Assembly (NCBI GenBank): GCA_035517095.1 | Contig: DATIZK010000064.1 | Coordinates: 6,119-70,118 of the forward strand | Length of the DNA stretch: 64,000 nt | Source: Burkholderiales bacterium | GTDB lineage: Bacteria; Pseudomonadota; Gammaproteobacteria; Burkholderiales; SG8-39 | Reading direction: 5' to 3' | Shown: in pieces, positions 29,636 to 39,117 of the stretch | How the letters are laid out: every line of letters begins with the position of its first letter | How positions within the stretch are numbered: position 1 is the stretch's first letter | Program-made: the position numbers and the translations under genes | The notes under the pieces: model-generated | Databases searched by the model: none | What the model was told of the DNA's origin: nothing | Seen by the model: the letters and a program-made list of their open reading frames with translations, nothing else

Positions 29636-31213
29636 CTAGGCGGACGCGCGGGCGCGCTCGCGCTCGATCAGCACGCGCCTGAGCAGCTTGCCGGTCGCCG
29701 ACTTGGGCAGCTGATCCACGAACTCGACCGCGCGCACCTTCTTGTGCGCGGCCACGCGCGCCGCGACCCAGGCCATCACCTCGTCGGCGCCGATCTCGCC
29801 CTTCTTCACCACGAAGGCCTTGGGCACTTCTCCCGCCTCCTCGTCCGCGACGCCGATGACGCATGCGTCGGCGATCGCCGGATTGCCGAGCAGCACGGAC
29901 TCGAGCTCGGCCGGAGCCACCTGGAAGGCCTTGTACTTGATCAGCTCCTTGGTGCGGTCGACGATGAAGAAGTCGCCCTCGGCGTCGACGTAGCCGATGT
30001 CGCCGGTGCGCAGCCAGCCCTCGGCGTCGATGGTCGCCGCCGTGGCGCCCGACTGGCCGAAGTAGCCCTGCATCACGATCGGCCCGCGCACCAGGATCTC
30101 GCCCTGCTCGCCGACGGGCAGCTCGGCGCCGCTGGCGACGTCGACGATCTTGCACTGCATGTTGGGCATCAGCCGCCCGCCGGAGGCGGGCTTGATCTTG
30201 TCCTCGGTGGTCGGTCCGAGGTGGCTCGCGCCGCTCACCTCGGTCATGCCGTAGGCCTGCGACACGCGAAAGCCGAGCCGCGCGTGCAGCGCGCTCGCGA
30301 CCGCATCGCCCAGCGGCGCCGCGGCCGAAAACGCGCCGCGCACCTTCGACAGATCGAACTTGTCGACCATCGGGTGCTTGGCGAGCGCGAGCGCGATCGG
30401 CGGCACCACGTGCAGGATGGTCACGCCGTGCATCTGCACCAGCTGCAGGTACTGCTCGAGGTCGAAGCGAGGCATGGTGACCACGGTCGCGCCCTGAAGC
30501 AGGCTCAGGTTGAGGAATGCGACGATGCCGTAGATGTGGAAGAACGGCAGGAAGGCGAGCACCGTGTCCTCGGGAACGATCAGCGCGGCGTCGGTGACGC
30601 CCCTGACCGAGCACAGCTGCGCCACCAGGTTGTAGTGCGTGAGCATCACCCCCTTGGGCAGGCCGGTGGTGCCGCTCGAATACGGCAGCGCCACCAGGTC
30701 CGCGCGCGGGTCGATCGCAACTTTGGGCGGCGCGCCGTCGCCGGCAAGCAGCGACGCGAACGGCGTGGCGCCCTCGGCTTCGCCGAAGACGAAGATCTCT
30801 TCGACCCTGGACTGCGCCGCCGCCTCGCGCGCGGCGGCGAGGAACGGCGGGACCGTCAGCAGGAAGCGCGCGTTCGAGTCGTTCAGCTGCTTGGCCATTT
30901 CGCCCGCGGTGTAGAGCGGATTGACCGTCGTGGTCGTGCCGCCGAGCGAGGCGACGGCGTGGAACGCGACCGCGTACTCGGGAACGTTCGGGCTGCAGAT
31001 CGCGAAGCGCTCGCCCTTGCCGAAGCCGCGGCGCGCCATGCCCGCGGCGGCGCGCGCCACCAGTCCGGGCAGCTGGGCGTAGGTGATGACGCGCCCGCTG
31101 GGGCCGTCGATCAGCGCGGGCTTGTCGCCGCGCTCGCGCGCGTGCGCAAGGACGTAGTCGGTAAGCGCGATCTCGGGGATCACGACATCCGGATAGACGC
31201 TGCGAAACGGCAT
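29636..31213 (-). CDS. AMP-dependent acyl-CoA ligase, 4-coumarate-CoA ligase-like
   Basis: 525 aa. AMP-binding LPYSSGTTGLPKGVMLTH, QAYGMTE, GWLRTGDIGYVD, PKSATGKLLRR. Confidence 0.85.
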   Translation of the reverse strand: MPFRSVYPDVVIPEIALTDYVLAHARERGDKPALIDGPSGRVITYAQLPGLVARAAAGMARRGFGKGERFAICSPNVPEYAVAFHAVASLGGTTTTVNPLYTAGEMAKQLNDSNARFLLTVPPFLAAAREAAAQSRVEEIFVFGEAEGATPFASLLAGDGAPPKVAIDPRADLVALPYSSGTTGLPKGVMLTHYNLVAQLCSVRGVTDAALIVPEDTVLAFLPFFHIYGIVAFLNLSLLQGATVVTMPRFDLEQYLQLVQMHGVTILHVVPPIALALAKHPMVDKFDLSKVRGAFSAAAPLGDAVASALHARLGFRVSQAYGMTEVSGASHLGPTTEDKIKPASGGRLMPNMQCKIVDVASGAELPVGEQGEILVRGPIVMQGYFGQSGATAATIDAEGWLRTGDIGYVDAEGDFFIVDRTKELIKYKAFQVAPAELESVLLGNPAIADACVIGVADEEAGEVPKAFVVKKGEIGADEVMAWVAARVAAHKKVRAVEFVDQLPKSATGKLLRRVLIERERARASA

Positions 31214-31370
31214 GATTCCCCCTCTCGATCTGCCGCGATTTTCCTATGGCGGGGAAATATACAGGGAAATTCGCGTGCCCTGAGCGAAGTTCTGCCGCGC
31301 TGCAGCGTTGCCTTGCGGCCGGGGCAAGCGTAGAAATGGCGTGGCAAACGCTGACGGCAAGGAGGCAAGC

Positions 31371-31883
31371 ATGCGTAGACGCCTTTACTTCCTGCTCCCG
31401 AGCGTACAGGCCGCGCGCGAGACGGCGAACGACTTGCTGCTCGCGCGCGTCGAAGACCGCCACATGCATTTTCTCGCCGCGCGCAACACCGACCTGGGCG
31501 AGCTGCACGAGGCGAGCTATCTGCAGAAAACGGACTTCGCGCACGGCGCGGGCATCGGCTTCGCCCTGGGCGCGATCGGCGGCGTCGCGCTGGGCGGCCT
31601 GCTGGTGGCCTACCCGCTCGAGGGCACGCATCCCCAGCTGGTGGCGGTGCTGATCGGCGCGCTGGTGGGCGGCTTGCTCGGCGTATGGATGGGCAGCATG
31701 GCGGCGGCGGCGGTGCCCAATTCGCGCCTCAAGCAGTTCGAGAGCGAGATCGCCGTCGGCAAGGTGCTGCTGATGCTCGACGTTCCCTATGCGCGGGTGG
31801 AGGAATTCAGCGAGCTCATAAGGGGCCGCCATCCGGAGGCGGTCGCGGGCGGTCAGGAGACCCGCTTCCCGGCGTTCCCGTAA
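31371..31883 (+). CDS. Small membrane protein with a glycine-zipper TM pair (function unknown)
   Basis: ATG at 31371 preceded by AAGGAGG (31359..31365). Reads GAGIGFALGAIGGVALGGLLV and LIGALVGGLLGVWMG. The track ORF starts further upstream at 31308. Confidence 0.5.
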   Translation: MRRRLYFLLPSVQAARETANDLLLARVEDRHMHFLAARNTDLGELHEASYLQKTDFAHGAGIGFALGAIGGVALGGLLVAYPLEGTHPQLVAVLIGALVGGLLGVWMGSMAAAAVPNSRLKQFESEIAVGKVLLMLDVPYARVEEFSELIRGRHPEAVAGGQETRFPAFP

Positions 31884-32538
31884 CCGGGTCTGCCAGCATC
31901 TGCACGTACTGCGCGAGCGCGCGCTCGGTCGAACGTTCCCGCAGTATGGCCCCGATGCGCGCGCGCACCGCGTCGAACGGAAGCGCCTTGCCTGCGATGC
32001 GGCGTGCGACCAGCACGACGTGGAAGCCGTAGCGCGAGTCGACCAGCTCGGGCAGCACCCCGAGCGCCTCGCTGGCGAACAGCGCGCGCTCGAACTCCGG
32101 CACGGTGTCGCCGCGCCCCAGCTGTCCGAGCGCGCCGCCGTGCGCGGCCGAAGGGCAGTTCGAGACCTCCCGCGCCAGCTCGGCAAAGCGCTGCGGCTCG
32201 CGGCGCGCGGCCGCGTGCACTTGCGCCGCCTTGGCGCGCAACGCGCCCGGAGGAACGCGCGGTGTGAGCGCGAACAGGATATGGCTCGCCTCGACCAGGT
32301 CGCCCGAGCGGAACTGCGCCGGGTGGCGCTCGAAGTAGCGCCGGCACTCTTCGTCGTTCGGCTCGGGGGTGCGCAGCTCGAGCTCGAGCAGGCGCTCGAT
32401 CACGGCGTCCTCGGCGGCCGCATCGGCGAAGCTCACCTCCTCGCGCGCGCGGCCCTCCAGCACGCCGCGCAGCGCGGCGCGCTCGAGCAGCCGCTCGCGC
32501 AGCGCGAGCGGAAGGCCGTTGACGACGGTCTCGGTCAT
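31816..32538 (-). CDS. PpiC/parvulin-type peptidyl-prolyl isomerase associated with the nitrate reductase locus
   Basis: Start MTETVVNG shares one base with the narI stop (TGATG). Parvulin core SNCPSAAHGGALGQLGRGDTVPEFERALF...SRYGFHVVLV. Same position as the PpiC-type gene after narI in Pseudomonas nar loci. Confidence 0.75.
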   Translation of the reverse strand: MTETVVNGLPLALRERLLERAALRGVLEGRAREEVSFADAAAEDAVIERLLELELRTPEPNDEECRRYFERHPAQFRSGDLVEASHILFALTPRVPPGALRAKAAQVHAAARREPQRFAELAREVSNCPSAAHGGALGQLGRGDTVPEFERALFASEALGVLPELVDSRYGFHVVLVARRIAGKALPFDAVRARIGAILRERSTERALAQYVQMLADPVTGTPGSGSPDRPRPPPDGGPL

Positions 32539-33227
32539 CAGCCGCGGCTGCGCACGATCTGGTAGGCCCGGCCCAGGTAGGCGACCGAGCCGAAGCCGCT
32601 CCAGATGTGCACCAGGCGCGAGAACGGGAACAGCAGGAACAGCGTCATGCCGAAGAACAGGTGGATCTTGAAGATGAGCGGCACGCCGGCGATGAACGCC
32701 GCCGCGCCGCCGCGGAAGGTGACGATGTGCTGCGCCCAGTCCGCCAGCAGCAGCATCACGCTGCCGTCCAGATGCTGCGCCGAGAAGGCGATCGAGGTCA
32801 GCCCGAGCAGGAGCGTCGCCAGGATCCACAGCAGGATGAAGATGTCCATGCGCGTGCTGGTGGCGCGAATGCGCGCAATCGCGAGGCGCCGGTGCAGCAG
32901 CAGCAGGAGTCCGGCCAGGATCATCGCGCCCACGATTCCGCCCGAGCTCATCGCCAGGATCTGCTTCGCTGCGGCCGAAAGCCCCAGGGCGGTGTACAGG
33001 CTGTGCGGCGTGAGCAGGCCGAACAGGTGGCCGAGAAACAGCAGCAGGATGCCGACGTGGAACAGGTTCGAGCCCCAGCGCAGCTGGCCGCGGCGCAGAA
33101 GCTGCGAGGAGTCGCTCTTCCAGCTGTACTGCTCCCGGTCGAAGCGCACCAGCGAGCCGAGCAGGAACACCGCCAGACAGACGTAGGGATAGATGCCGAA
33201 CAGCGCCTGGTTCACAAATTCGCTCAT
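32538..33227 (-). CDS. narI: Respiratory nitrate reductase gamma subunit (cytochrome b)
   Basis: Start MSEFVNQALFGIYPYVCLAVFLLGSLVRFDREQYSWKSDSSQLL. 229 aa, 5 TM. ATGA overlap with narJ. Confidence 0.9.
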   Translation of the reverse strand: MSEFVNQALFGIYPYVCLAVFLLGSLVRFDREQYSWKSDSSQLLRRGQLRWGSNLFHVGILLLFLGHLFGLLTPHSLYTALGLSAAAKQILAMSSGGIVGAMILAGLLLLLHRRLAIARIRATSTRMDIFILLWILATLLLGLTSIAFSAQHLDGSVMLLLADWAQHIVTFRGGAAAFIAGVPLIFKIHLFFGMTLFLLFPFSRLVHIWSGFGSVAYLGRAYQIVRSRG

Positions 33228-33883
33228 GACGCGGCTCCTTTGCGGTAGACGTGCACCGGGGCGACCTGGGGCGCGGCGCCGCCGAAGGTCACGGGCTGCT
33301 CGAGCCAGCTGCGGTCGACCGCCTCGGGCGAGTCTTCTTCCCCGGCCCGCGGCCGCGCGGCGCGCTCGAGCGCCAGGCCGCGCTCGCCGGCGAGCGCGAG
33401 CAGCGCGGCGAACACCGCGCAATAGCGGCTGCCGCGCGCGGCCAGGCGCTCGCCCAGGGCGCGCAGGATGTCGGCCGACTCGCCCAGCAGGCCGCGCGCC
33501 TCGGCGGCCGGCAGCAGCGAGGCGAACTCGAGAAACGCAGGCAGGTAATCGGGCAGCTCGCGCCCGTCCACGGCGAGGCCGCGCGCACGGTACATCGCCG
33601 CCAGGTCGACCATCGCCTGGCCGCGGTCGCGCGATTCGCCGTGCACGTGCTCGAACAGGTGCAGCGACAGGGCGCGCGCGCGGTCGAACAGAGTCACGTA
33701 GCGCTCCTGCGACGCGCCAAGCGGCTCGCGCCGGAGCTCGTCGAGCAGCCCCTCGAGCTCGGCCTGCGCCGCGCGTGGCAGCAGTCGCTCGGCGTCCAGA
33801 GCGGCCGAGAGCTCGGGCAGGGCCGAGAGCAATTCGGGCTCGGGATAGGAGAGCAGGACGGCGCAGACCCGAAGGGTTTTCAT
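33224..33883 (-). CDS. narJ: Nitrate reductase molybdenum cofactor assembly chaperone
   Basis: MKTLRVCAVLLSYPEPELL...YVTLFDRARALSLHLFEHVHGESRDRGQAMVDL. ATGA overlaps with narH and narI. Confidence 0.85.
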   Translation of the reverse strand: MKTLRVCAVLLSYPEPELLSALPELSAALDAERLLPRAAQAELEGLLDELRREPLGASQERYVTLFDRARALSLHLFEHVHGESRDRGQAMVDLAAMYRARGLAVDGRELPDYLPAFLEFASLLPAAEARGLLGESADILRALGERLAARGSRYCAVFAALLALAGERGLALERAARPRAGEEDSPEAVDRSWLEQPVTFGGAAPQVAPVHVYRKGAAS

Positions 33884-35415
33884 CGTTCGCCTCCGGCCAC
33901 GGCGCGGATCGGGATGGTGCGCCGCTTCTTGCCGCCGAACAGGCTCGGCTGGCTCTCGCCGTCCGAGCAGCCGTTGCCGAACGAGAAGCCGCAGGAGCCG
34001 CGCAGGTCGTAGGCGTTCTCGGCGTATTCGCGGTGCGTGGTGGGAATCACGAAGCGGTCCTCGTAGTTGGCGATCGCCATGATGCGGTACATGTCCTCGA
34101 CCTGCGCCGCGCTCAGCCCCGTCTGCGCCAGCACCGCGGCGTTGTCGCGGCCCTCGACGTGGCGCGCGCGCATGAAAGCGCGCATCGCGAGCATGCGCTC
34201 GAGCGCGAGCCTGACCGGCGCCTCGTCGCCCGCGGTGAGCAGGTTGGCGAGGTACCTGAGCGGGATCCTGAGCTGCGAGACGTCCGGAATCTCGCCGTTC
34301 GCGCCCAGCGCGCCGCTGTTGGCGGCGGCGCTGATCGGCGAAAGCGGCGGCACGTACCACACCATCGGCAGGGTGCGGTACTCGGGATGGAGCGGAAACG
34401 CCACCTTCCATTCCAGCGCCATCTTGTACACCGGCGAGCGCCGCGCGCCTTCGATCCAGGCCTCGGGCACGCCGTCGCTGCGCGCCTGCTCGGTCACCGC
34501 CGGGTCGAACGGATCGAGGAACACCCCGAGCTGCGCCTGGTACAGCGCCTGCGGGTCCGCGACGCTCGCGGCCGCGCCGATGCGGTCCGCGTCGTACAGC
34601 AGCACGCCGAGGTAGCGGATCCTGCCGACGCAGGTCTCGGAGCACACGGTCGGCTGGCCGGCCTCGATGCGCGGGTAGCAGAAGATGCACTTCTCGGCCT
34701 TGCCGCTCGACCAGTTGTAGTAGATCTTCTTGTACGGGCAGCCCGAGACGCACATGCGCCAGCCGCGGCACTTGTCCTGGTCGATCAGCACGATGCCGTC
34801 TTCTTCGCGCTTGTAGATCGAGCCCGAGGGGCAGGAGGCGACGCAGGTCGGGTTCAGGCAGTGCTCGCACAGCCGCGGCAGGTACATCATGAAGGTGCTC
34901 TCGAACTGGCCGTAGACCTCCTTCTCGATCTCGGCGAAGTTGTAGTCGGCGCTGCGCTTGGCGAACTCGCCGCCCAGGATCTCCTCCCAGTTCGGCCCCC
35001 ACTCGATCTTCTCCATGCGCTCGCCGGTGATAAGCGAGCGCGGCCGCGCCACCGGCGCCGCGGACGAGGCGGCCGCGGTGTGCAGGTGCTCGTAGTCGAA
35101 GGTGAAGGGCTCGTAATAATCGTCGATCTCGGGCAGGTGCGGATTGGCGAAGATCTTCGCCAGCAGCGCGAGCTTGCCGCCCTGCTTCGGGCGGATCCGG
35201 CCGTCGCCGCTGCGCTGCCAGCCGCCGCGCCACTTGTCCTGGTTCTCCCAGTCCTTCGGGTAGCCGATGCCGGGCTTGGTCTCGACGTTGTTGAACCAGG
35301 CGTACTCCATGCCCTCGCGGTTGGTCCACACGTTCTTGCAGGTCACCGAGCAGGTGTGGCAGCCGATGCACTTGTCGAGATTCAGCACCATGCCGATCTG
35401 GGCGCGGATCTTCAT
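33880..35415 (-). CDS. narH: Respiratory nitrate reductase beta subunit (Fe-S)
   Basis: MKIRAQIGMVLNLDKCIGCHTCSVTCKNVWTNREGMEYAWFNNVETKPG with further ferredoxin Cys clusters. 511 aa. ATGA overlap with narG. Confidence 0.95.
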   Translation of the reverse strand: MKIRAQIGMVLNLDKCIGCHTCSVTCKNVWTNREGMEYAWFNNVETKPGIGYPKDWENQDKWRGGWQRSGDGRIRPKQGGKLALLAKIFANPHLPEIDDYYEPFTFDYEHLHTAAASSAAPVARPRSLITGERMEKIEWGPNWEEILGGEFAKRSADYNFAEIEKEVYGQFESTFMMYLPRLCEHCLNPTCVASCPSGSIYKREEDGIVLIDQDKCRGWRMCVSGCPYKKIYYNWSSGKAEKCIFCYPRIEAGQPTVCSETCVGRIRYLGVLLYDADRIGAAASVADPQALYQAQLGVFLDPFDPAVTEQARSDGVPEAWIEGARRSPVYKMALEWKVAFPLHPEYRTLPMVWYVPPLSPISAAANSGALGANGEIPDVSQLRIPLRYLANLLTAGDEAPVRLALERMLAMRAFMRARHVEGRDNAAVLAQTGLSAAQVEDMYRIMAIANYEDRFVIPTTHREYAENAYDLRGSCGFSFGNGCSDGESQPSLFGGKKRRTIPIRAVAGGER

Positions 35416-38400
35416 GCCGTCACCTCCTTCGCCTCGCCGTCCATCCAGTCCACCTTCGCCATCTTCCTGAGGATGATGAACTCGTCGCGGTTCGACCCCA
35501 CCGTGCCGTAGTAATTGAAGCCATAGCTCTGCTGGGCGTAGCCGCCGATCATGTGGGTCGGCTTCGGGCAGGTGCGCGTCACCGAGTTGTGGATCCCGCC
35601 GCGCGTGCCCATGATCTCCGAGCCCGGCGTGTTCACGATCTTTTCCTGCGCGTGGTACATCAGCACCATGCCCTCGGGCACGCGCTGCGACACCACCGCG
35701 CGCGCGGTGAGCGCGCCGTTCAGGTTGTAGGCCTCGATCCAGTCGTTGTCCTCGATCCCGGCCTTGCTCGCGTCCAGCTCCGAGATCCAGACGATCGGCC
35801 CGCCGCGCGAGAGCGTCAGCATCAGCAGGTTGTCGGTGTAGGTCGAATGGATGCCCCACTTCTGGTGCGGCGTGATGAAGTTGAGCACCACCTCGGGGTT
35901 GCCGTTCGAGCGCCGCCCCAGCAGCGGCTTGACCGTCTTGGTGTCGACCGGCGGGCGGTAGGCGACCAAGCCCTCGCCGAAGGCGCGCATCCACGGGTGA
36001 TCCTGGTACAGCTGCTGGCGCCCGGTGAGCGTGCGCCACGGGATCAGCTCGTGCACGTTGGTGTAGCAGGCGCTGTAGGACACGTGCTCGGACTCCAGCC
36101 CCGACCAGGTCGGCGAGGAGATGATCTTGCGCGGCTGCGCCTGGATGTCGCGGAAGCGGATCTTGTCGTCCTCGCGCGGCTTCGCCAGATGCGTGTGGTC
36201 GCGCCCGGTGACCGCCGACAGCGCCTGCCAGGCCTTGACCGCGACTTCGCCGTTGGTTTCCGGCGCGAGCGACAGGATCACCTCGCAGGCGTCGATGTCG
36301 GTTTCGATTCTTGCCAGGCCCTGCGGACTCTCCTGATTGAGTTTTCTCAGGGAATTCACTTCGCTCTCGGTGTTCCAGGCGATCCCCTTGCCGCCGTTGC
36401 CGACCTTCGCCATCAGCGGCCCGAGCGAGGTGAAGCGCGCGTACACGCCCGGATAGTCGCGCTCGACCACCGCGACCGCCGGCATGGTCTTGCCCGGGAT
36501 CGGCTCGCACTCGCCCTTCTTCCAGTCCTTGGGCTCGAACGGCTGCCCGAGCTCGCCCGGCGAGTCGTGCATGAGCGGGGTCAGCACCACGTCCTTCTCC
36601 AGCCCGAGCCGGCCGAGCGCGAGCTCCGAGAACTTCTGCGCGATTCCCTTGTAGATCTCCCAGTCGCTCCTGGATTGCCACACCGGGTCGACCGCCTGCG
36701 ACAGCGGATGGATGAAGGGGTGCATGTCCGAGGTATTGAGGTCGTTCTTCTCGTACCAGGTCGCGGTCGGCAGCACCACGTCCGAGTACAGGCAGGTGGT
36801 CGACATGCGGAAATCGAGCGTCACCAGCAGGTCGAGCTTGCCGCCGGCGACCTCGTCGCGCCAATCGACCTCGAGCGGCTTTTCGCCCGCGCTCGCGCCC
36901 AGGTCCTTGCCCTGCACGCCGTTCTGCGTGCCGAGCAGGTGCTTGAGGAAGTACTCGTGGCCCTTGCCCGAGGAGCCGAGCAGGTTCGAGCGCCACACGA
37001 ACAGGTTGCGCGGGAAGTTGTCGGGATGGTCCGGATCCTCGCAGGCGAGGCGCAGCTTGCCGCTTTTCAACTCGCGCGCGACGTAGTCCTTCGGCTCGAG
37101 CCCGGCCGCGGCCGCGGCCTTGGCGATCGAGAGCGGGTTCGCCTGCAGCTGGGGCGCCGAGGGCAGCCAGCCCATGCGCTCGGCGCGCACGTTGAAATCG
37201 ATCAGGCTGCCGCCGTAGCGCTTCGCGTCCGCCAGAGGCGAGAGGATCTCCGCCACCGACAGCTTCTCGTAGCGCCACTGATCGGTGTGCGCGTAGAAGA
37301 ACGAGGTGGAGTTCATCTGCCGCGGCGGCCGCGCCCAGTCGAGCGCGAAGGCGAGCGCGGTCCAGCCGGTCTGCGGGCGCAGCTTCTCCTGGCCGACGTA
37401 GTGCGCCCAGCCGCCGCCGGACTGCCCGACGCAGCCGCACATCACCAGCAGGTTGATGATCGCGCGGTAGCTCATGTCCATGTGGTACCAGTGGTTCAGC
37501 CCCGCGCCGACGATCACCATCGACTTGCCGCGCGTCTTGTCGGCGTTGTCGGCGAACTGGCGCGCCACGCTTATGACGTCGGCGCGCTTCACGCCCGTGA
37601 TGCGCTCCTGCCAGGCCGGGGTGTAGGGCACGTCGTCGTCGTAGGAGGCGGCGACGTTCGCGCCGCCCAGCCCGCGGTCGATGCCGTAGCTCGCGAGCAG
37701 CAGGTCGTGCACCGTCGCGACCAGCGCCTCGCCGTCGGCGAGCTGCAGCTTCCTGGCCGGAACCTCGCGCAGCAGCACGTCGGGATGCGCGCTCGAGCGG
37801 AAATGCTCGTGCGGCTGGCCGCCGAAATACGGAAACGCGACGCTCACCGCTTCGTCCCTCGCCTCCAGCAGCGACAGGCGCGGCCGGATCTCGGCGCCCG
37901 CGCCGCTCTTCTGCTCCAGGTTCCACTTGCCCTTCTCGCCCCAGCGGAATCCGATCGAGCCCAGCGGCACCGCGAGCGCGCCGCTCGCCTCGTCGTAGCA
38001 CACCGTCTTCCACTCCGCGTTGTTCGATTCGCCCAGTCTGTCGGCGAAGTCCGAGCAGCGCACGAAGCGATCGGGCACGTAGCGCGCGCCCTGCTTCACC
38101 AGGCGCACCAGCATCGGCAGGTCGCTGTAGCGCCGGCAGTAGTCGCGGAAGTACTCGCTCGGCCGGTCGAGGTGAAACTCCTTCAGGATCACGTGGCCCA
38201 TCGCCATCGCGAGCGCGGCGTCGGTGCCCTGCTTGGGATGCAGCCACAGGTCGCCGAACTTGGCGCCTTCGGCGTAGTCCGGGAACACCGAGACGATCTT
38301 GGTGCCCTTGTAGCGCGCCTCGGTCATGAAGTGGGCGTCCGGGGTGCGCGTCTGCGGCACGTTCGAGCCCCACATGATGATGAAGGACGAGTTGTACCAG

Positions 38401-39116
38401 TCGGCCGACTCGGGCACATCGGTCTGCTCGCCCCAGGTCATGGGCGAGGCCGGCGGCAGGTCGCAGTACCAGTCGTAGAAGCTCATGCAAACGCCGCCGA
38501 TGAGCGACAGGTAGCGGCTCCCGGCGGCGTAGGACACCATCGACATCGCCGGGATGGGCGAGAAGCCGATGACCCGGTCCGGGCCGTACTTCTTGATCGT
38601 GTAGACGTTCGCCGCGGCGACGATCTCGTTCGCTTCCTCCCAGGAGGCGCGCAGGAACCCGCCCAGGCCGCGCTGGCGCTTGTAGGCGCCGTCGCCTTGC
38701 ACGATCGATTGCCAGGCCTCGACCGGGTCGCGGCTCTTTCTGAGCTCCCGCCACGACTGCAGCAGCGCGCTCCTCACCATCGGGTACTTGAGGCGGTTGC
38801 CGCTGTACAGGTACCAGGAATAGGACGCCCCGCGCGAGCAGCCGCGCGGCTCGTGGTTCGGCATGTCGGGCCGGGTGCGCGGGTAGTCGGTCTGCTGCGT
38901 CTCCCAGGTGACGATGCCGCCCTTGACGTAGATCTTCCACGAGCACGAGCCGGTGCAGTTGGTGCCGTGCGTGGAGCGCACGATCTTGTCGTGGCTCCAG
39001 CGCTGGCGGTACGCGTCCTCCCAGGTTCGGTCCTCCCGGCGCGTCTCTCCGTGTCCGTCGGCGAAACTTTCGCGCGTCTCGGTCAGGAATCGAAGTCGGT
39101 CGAGAAAGTGGCTCAT
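35412..39116 (-). CDS. narG: Respiratory nitrate reductase alpha subunit (Mo-bisMGD)
   Basis: MSHFLDRLRFL...HGTNCTGSCSWKIYVKGGIVTWETQQTDYP (FS0 HxxxCxxxC motif). About 1234 aa. The track ORF begins 13 codons upstream. Confidence 0.97.
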   Translation of the reverse strand: MSHFLDRLRFLTETRESFADGHGETRREDRTWEDAYRQRWSHDKIVRSTHGTNCTGSCSWKIYVKGGIVTWETQQTDYPRTRPDMPNHEPRGCSRGASYSWYLYSGNRLKYPMVRSALLQSWRELRKSRDPVEAWQSIVQGDGAYKRQRGLGGFLRASWEEANEIVAAANVYTIKKYGPDRVIGFSPIPAMSMVSYAAGSRYLSLIGGVCMSFYDWYCDLPPASPMTWGEQTDVPESADWYNSSFIIMWGSNVPQTRTPDAHFMTEARYKGTKIVSVFPDYAEGAKFGDLWLHPKQGTDAALAMAMGHVILKEFHLDRPSEYFRDYCRRYSDLPMLVRLVKQGARYVPDRFVRCSDFADRLGESNNAEWKTVCYDEASGALAVPLGSIGFRWGEKGKWNLEQKSGAGAEIRPRLSLLEARDEAVSVAFPYFGGQPHEHFRSSAHPDVLLREVPARKLQLADGEALVATVHDLLLASYGIDRGLGGANVAASYDDDVPYTPAWQERITGVKRADVISVARQFADNADKTRGKSMVIVGAGLNHWYHMDMSYRAIINLLVMCGCVGQSGGGWAHYVGQEKLRPQTGWTALAFALDWARPPRQMNSTSFFYAHTDQWRYEKLSVAEILSPLADAKRYGGSLIDFNVRAERMGWLPSAPQLQANPLSIAKAAAAAGLEPKDYVARELKSGKLRLACEDPDHPDNFPRNLFVWRSNLLGSSGKGHEYFLKHLLGTQNGVQGKDLGASAGEKPLEVDWRDEVAGGKLDLLVTLDFRMSTTCLYSDVVLPTATWYEKNDLNTSDMHPFIHPLSQAVDPVWQSRSDWEIYKGIAQKFSELALGRLGLEKDVVLTPLMHDSPGELGQPFEPKDWKKGECEPIPGKTMPAVAVVERDYPGVYARFTSLGPLMAKVGNGGKGIAWNTESEVNSLRKLNQESPQGLARIETDIDACEVILSLAPETNGEVAVKAWQALSAVTGRDHTHLAKPREDDKIRFRDIQAQPRKIISSPTWSGLESEHVSYSACYTNVHELIPWRTLTGRQQLYQDHPWMRAFGEGLVAYRPPVDTKTVKPLLGRRSNGNPEVVLNFITPHQKWGIHSTYTDNLLMLTLSRGGPIVWISELDASKAGIEDNDWIEAYNLNGALTARAVVSQRVPEGMVLMYHAQEKIVNTPGSEIMGTRGGIHNSVTRTCPKPTHMIGGYAQQSYGFNYYGTVGSNRDEFIILRKMAKVDWMDGEAKEVTA

Positions 39117-39117
39117 A

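Noticed and set aside
31214-31370. Repeated GGGAAAT elements (TTTTCC-N8-GGAAAT, then GGGAAAT 11 nt later) between the CoA ligase and membrane protein genes
   Set aside because: They are short and degenerate with no second occurrence elsewhere in the window. That is insufficient to call a regulator site.
35416-38946. Long N-terminal extension of the narH reading frame (track ORF 33880..38946, 1688 aa)
   Set aside because: Only the last 511 codons (from MKIRAQIGMVLNLDKCIGCHTC) look like NarH. The upstream part is an out-of-frame read-through of narG with Arg/Gly/Ala-rich nonsense.
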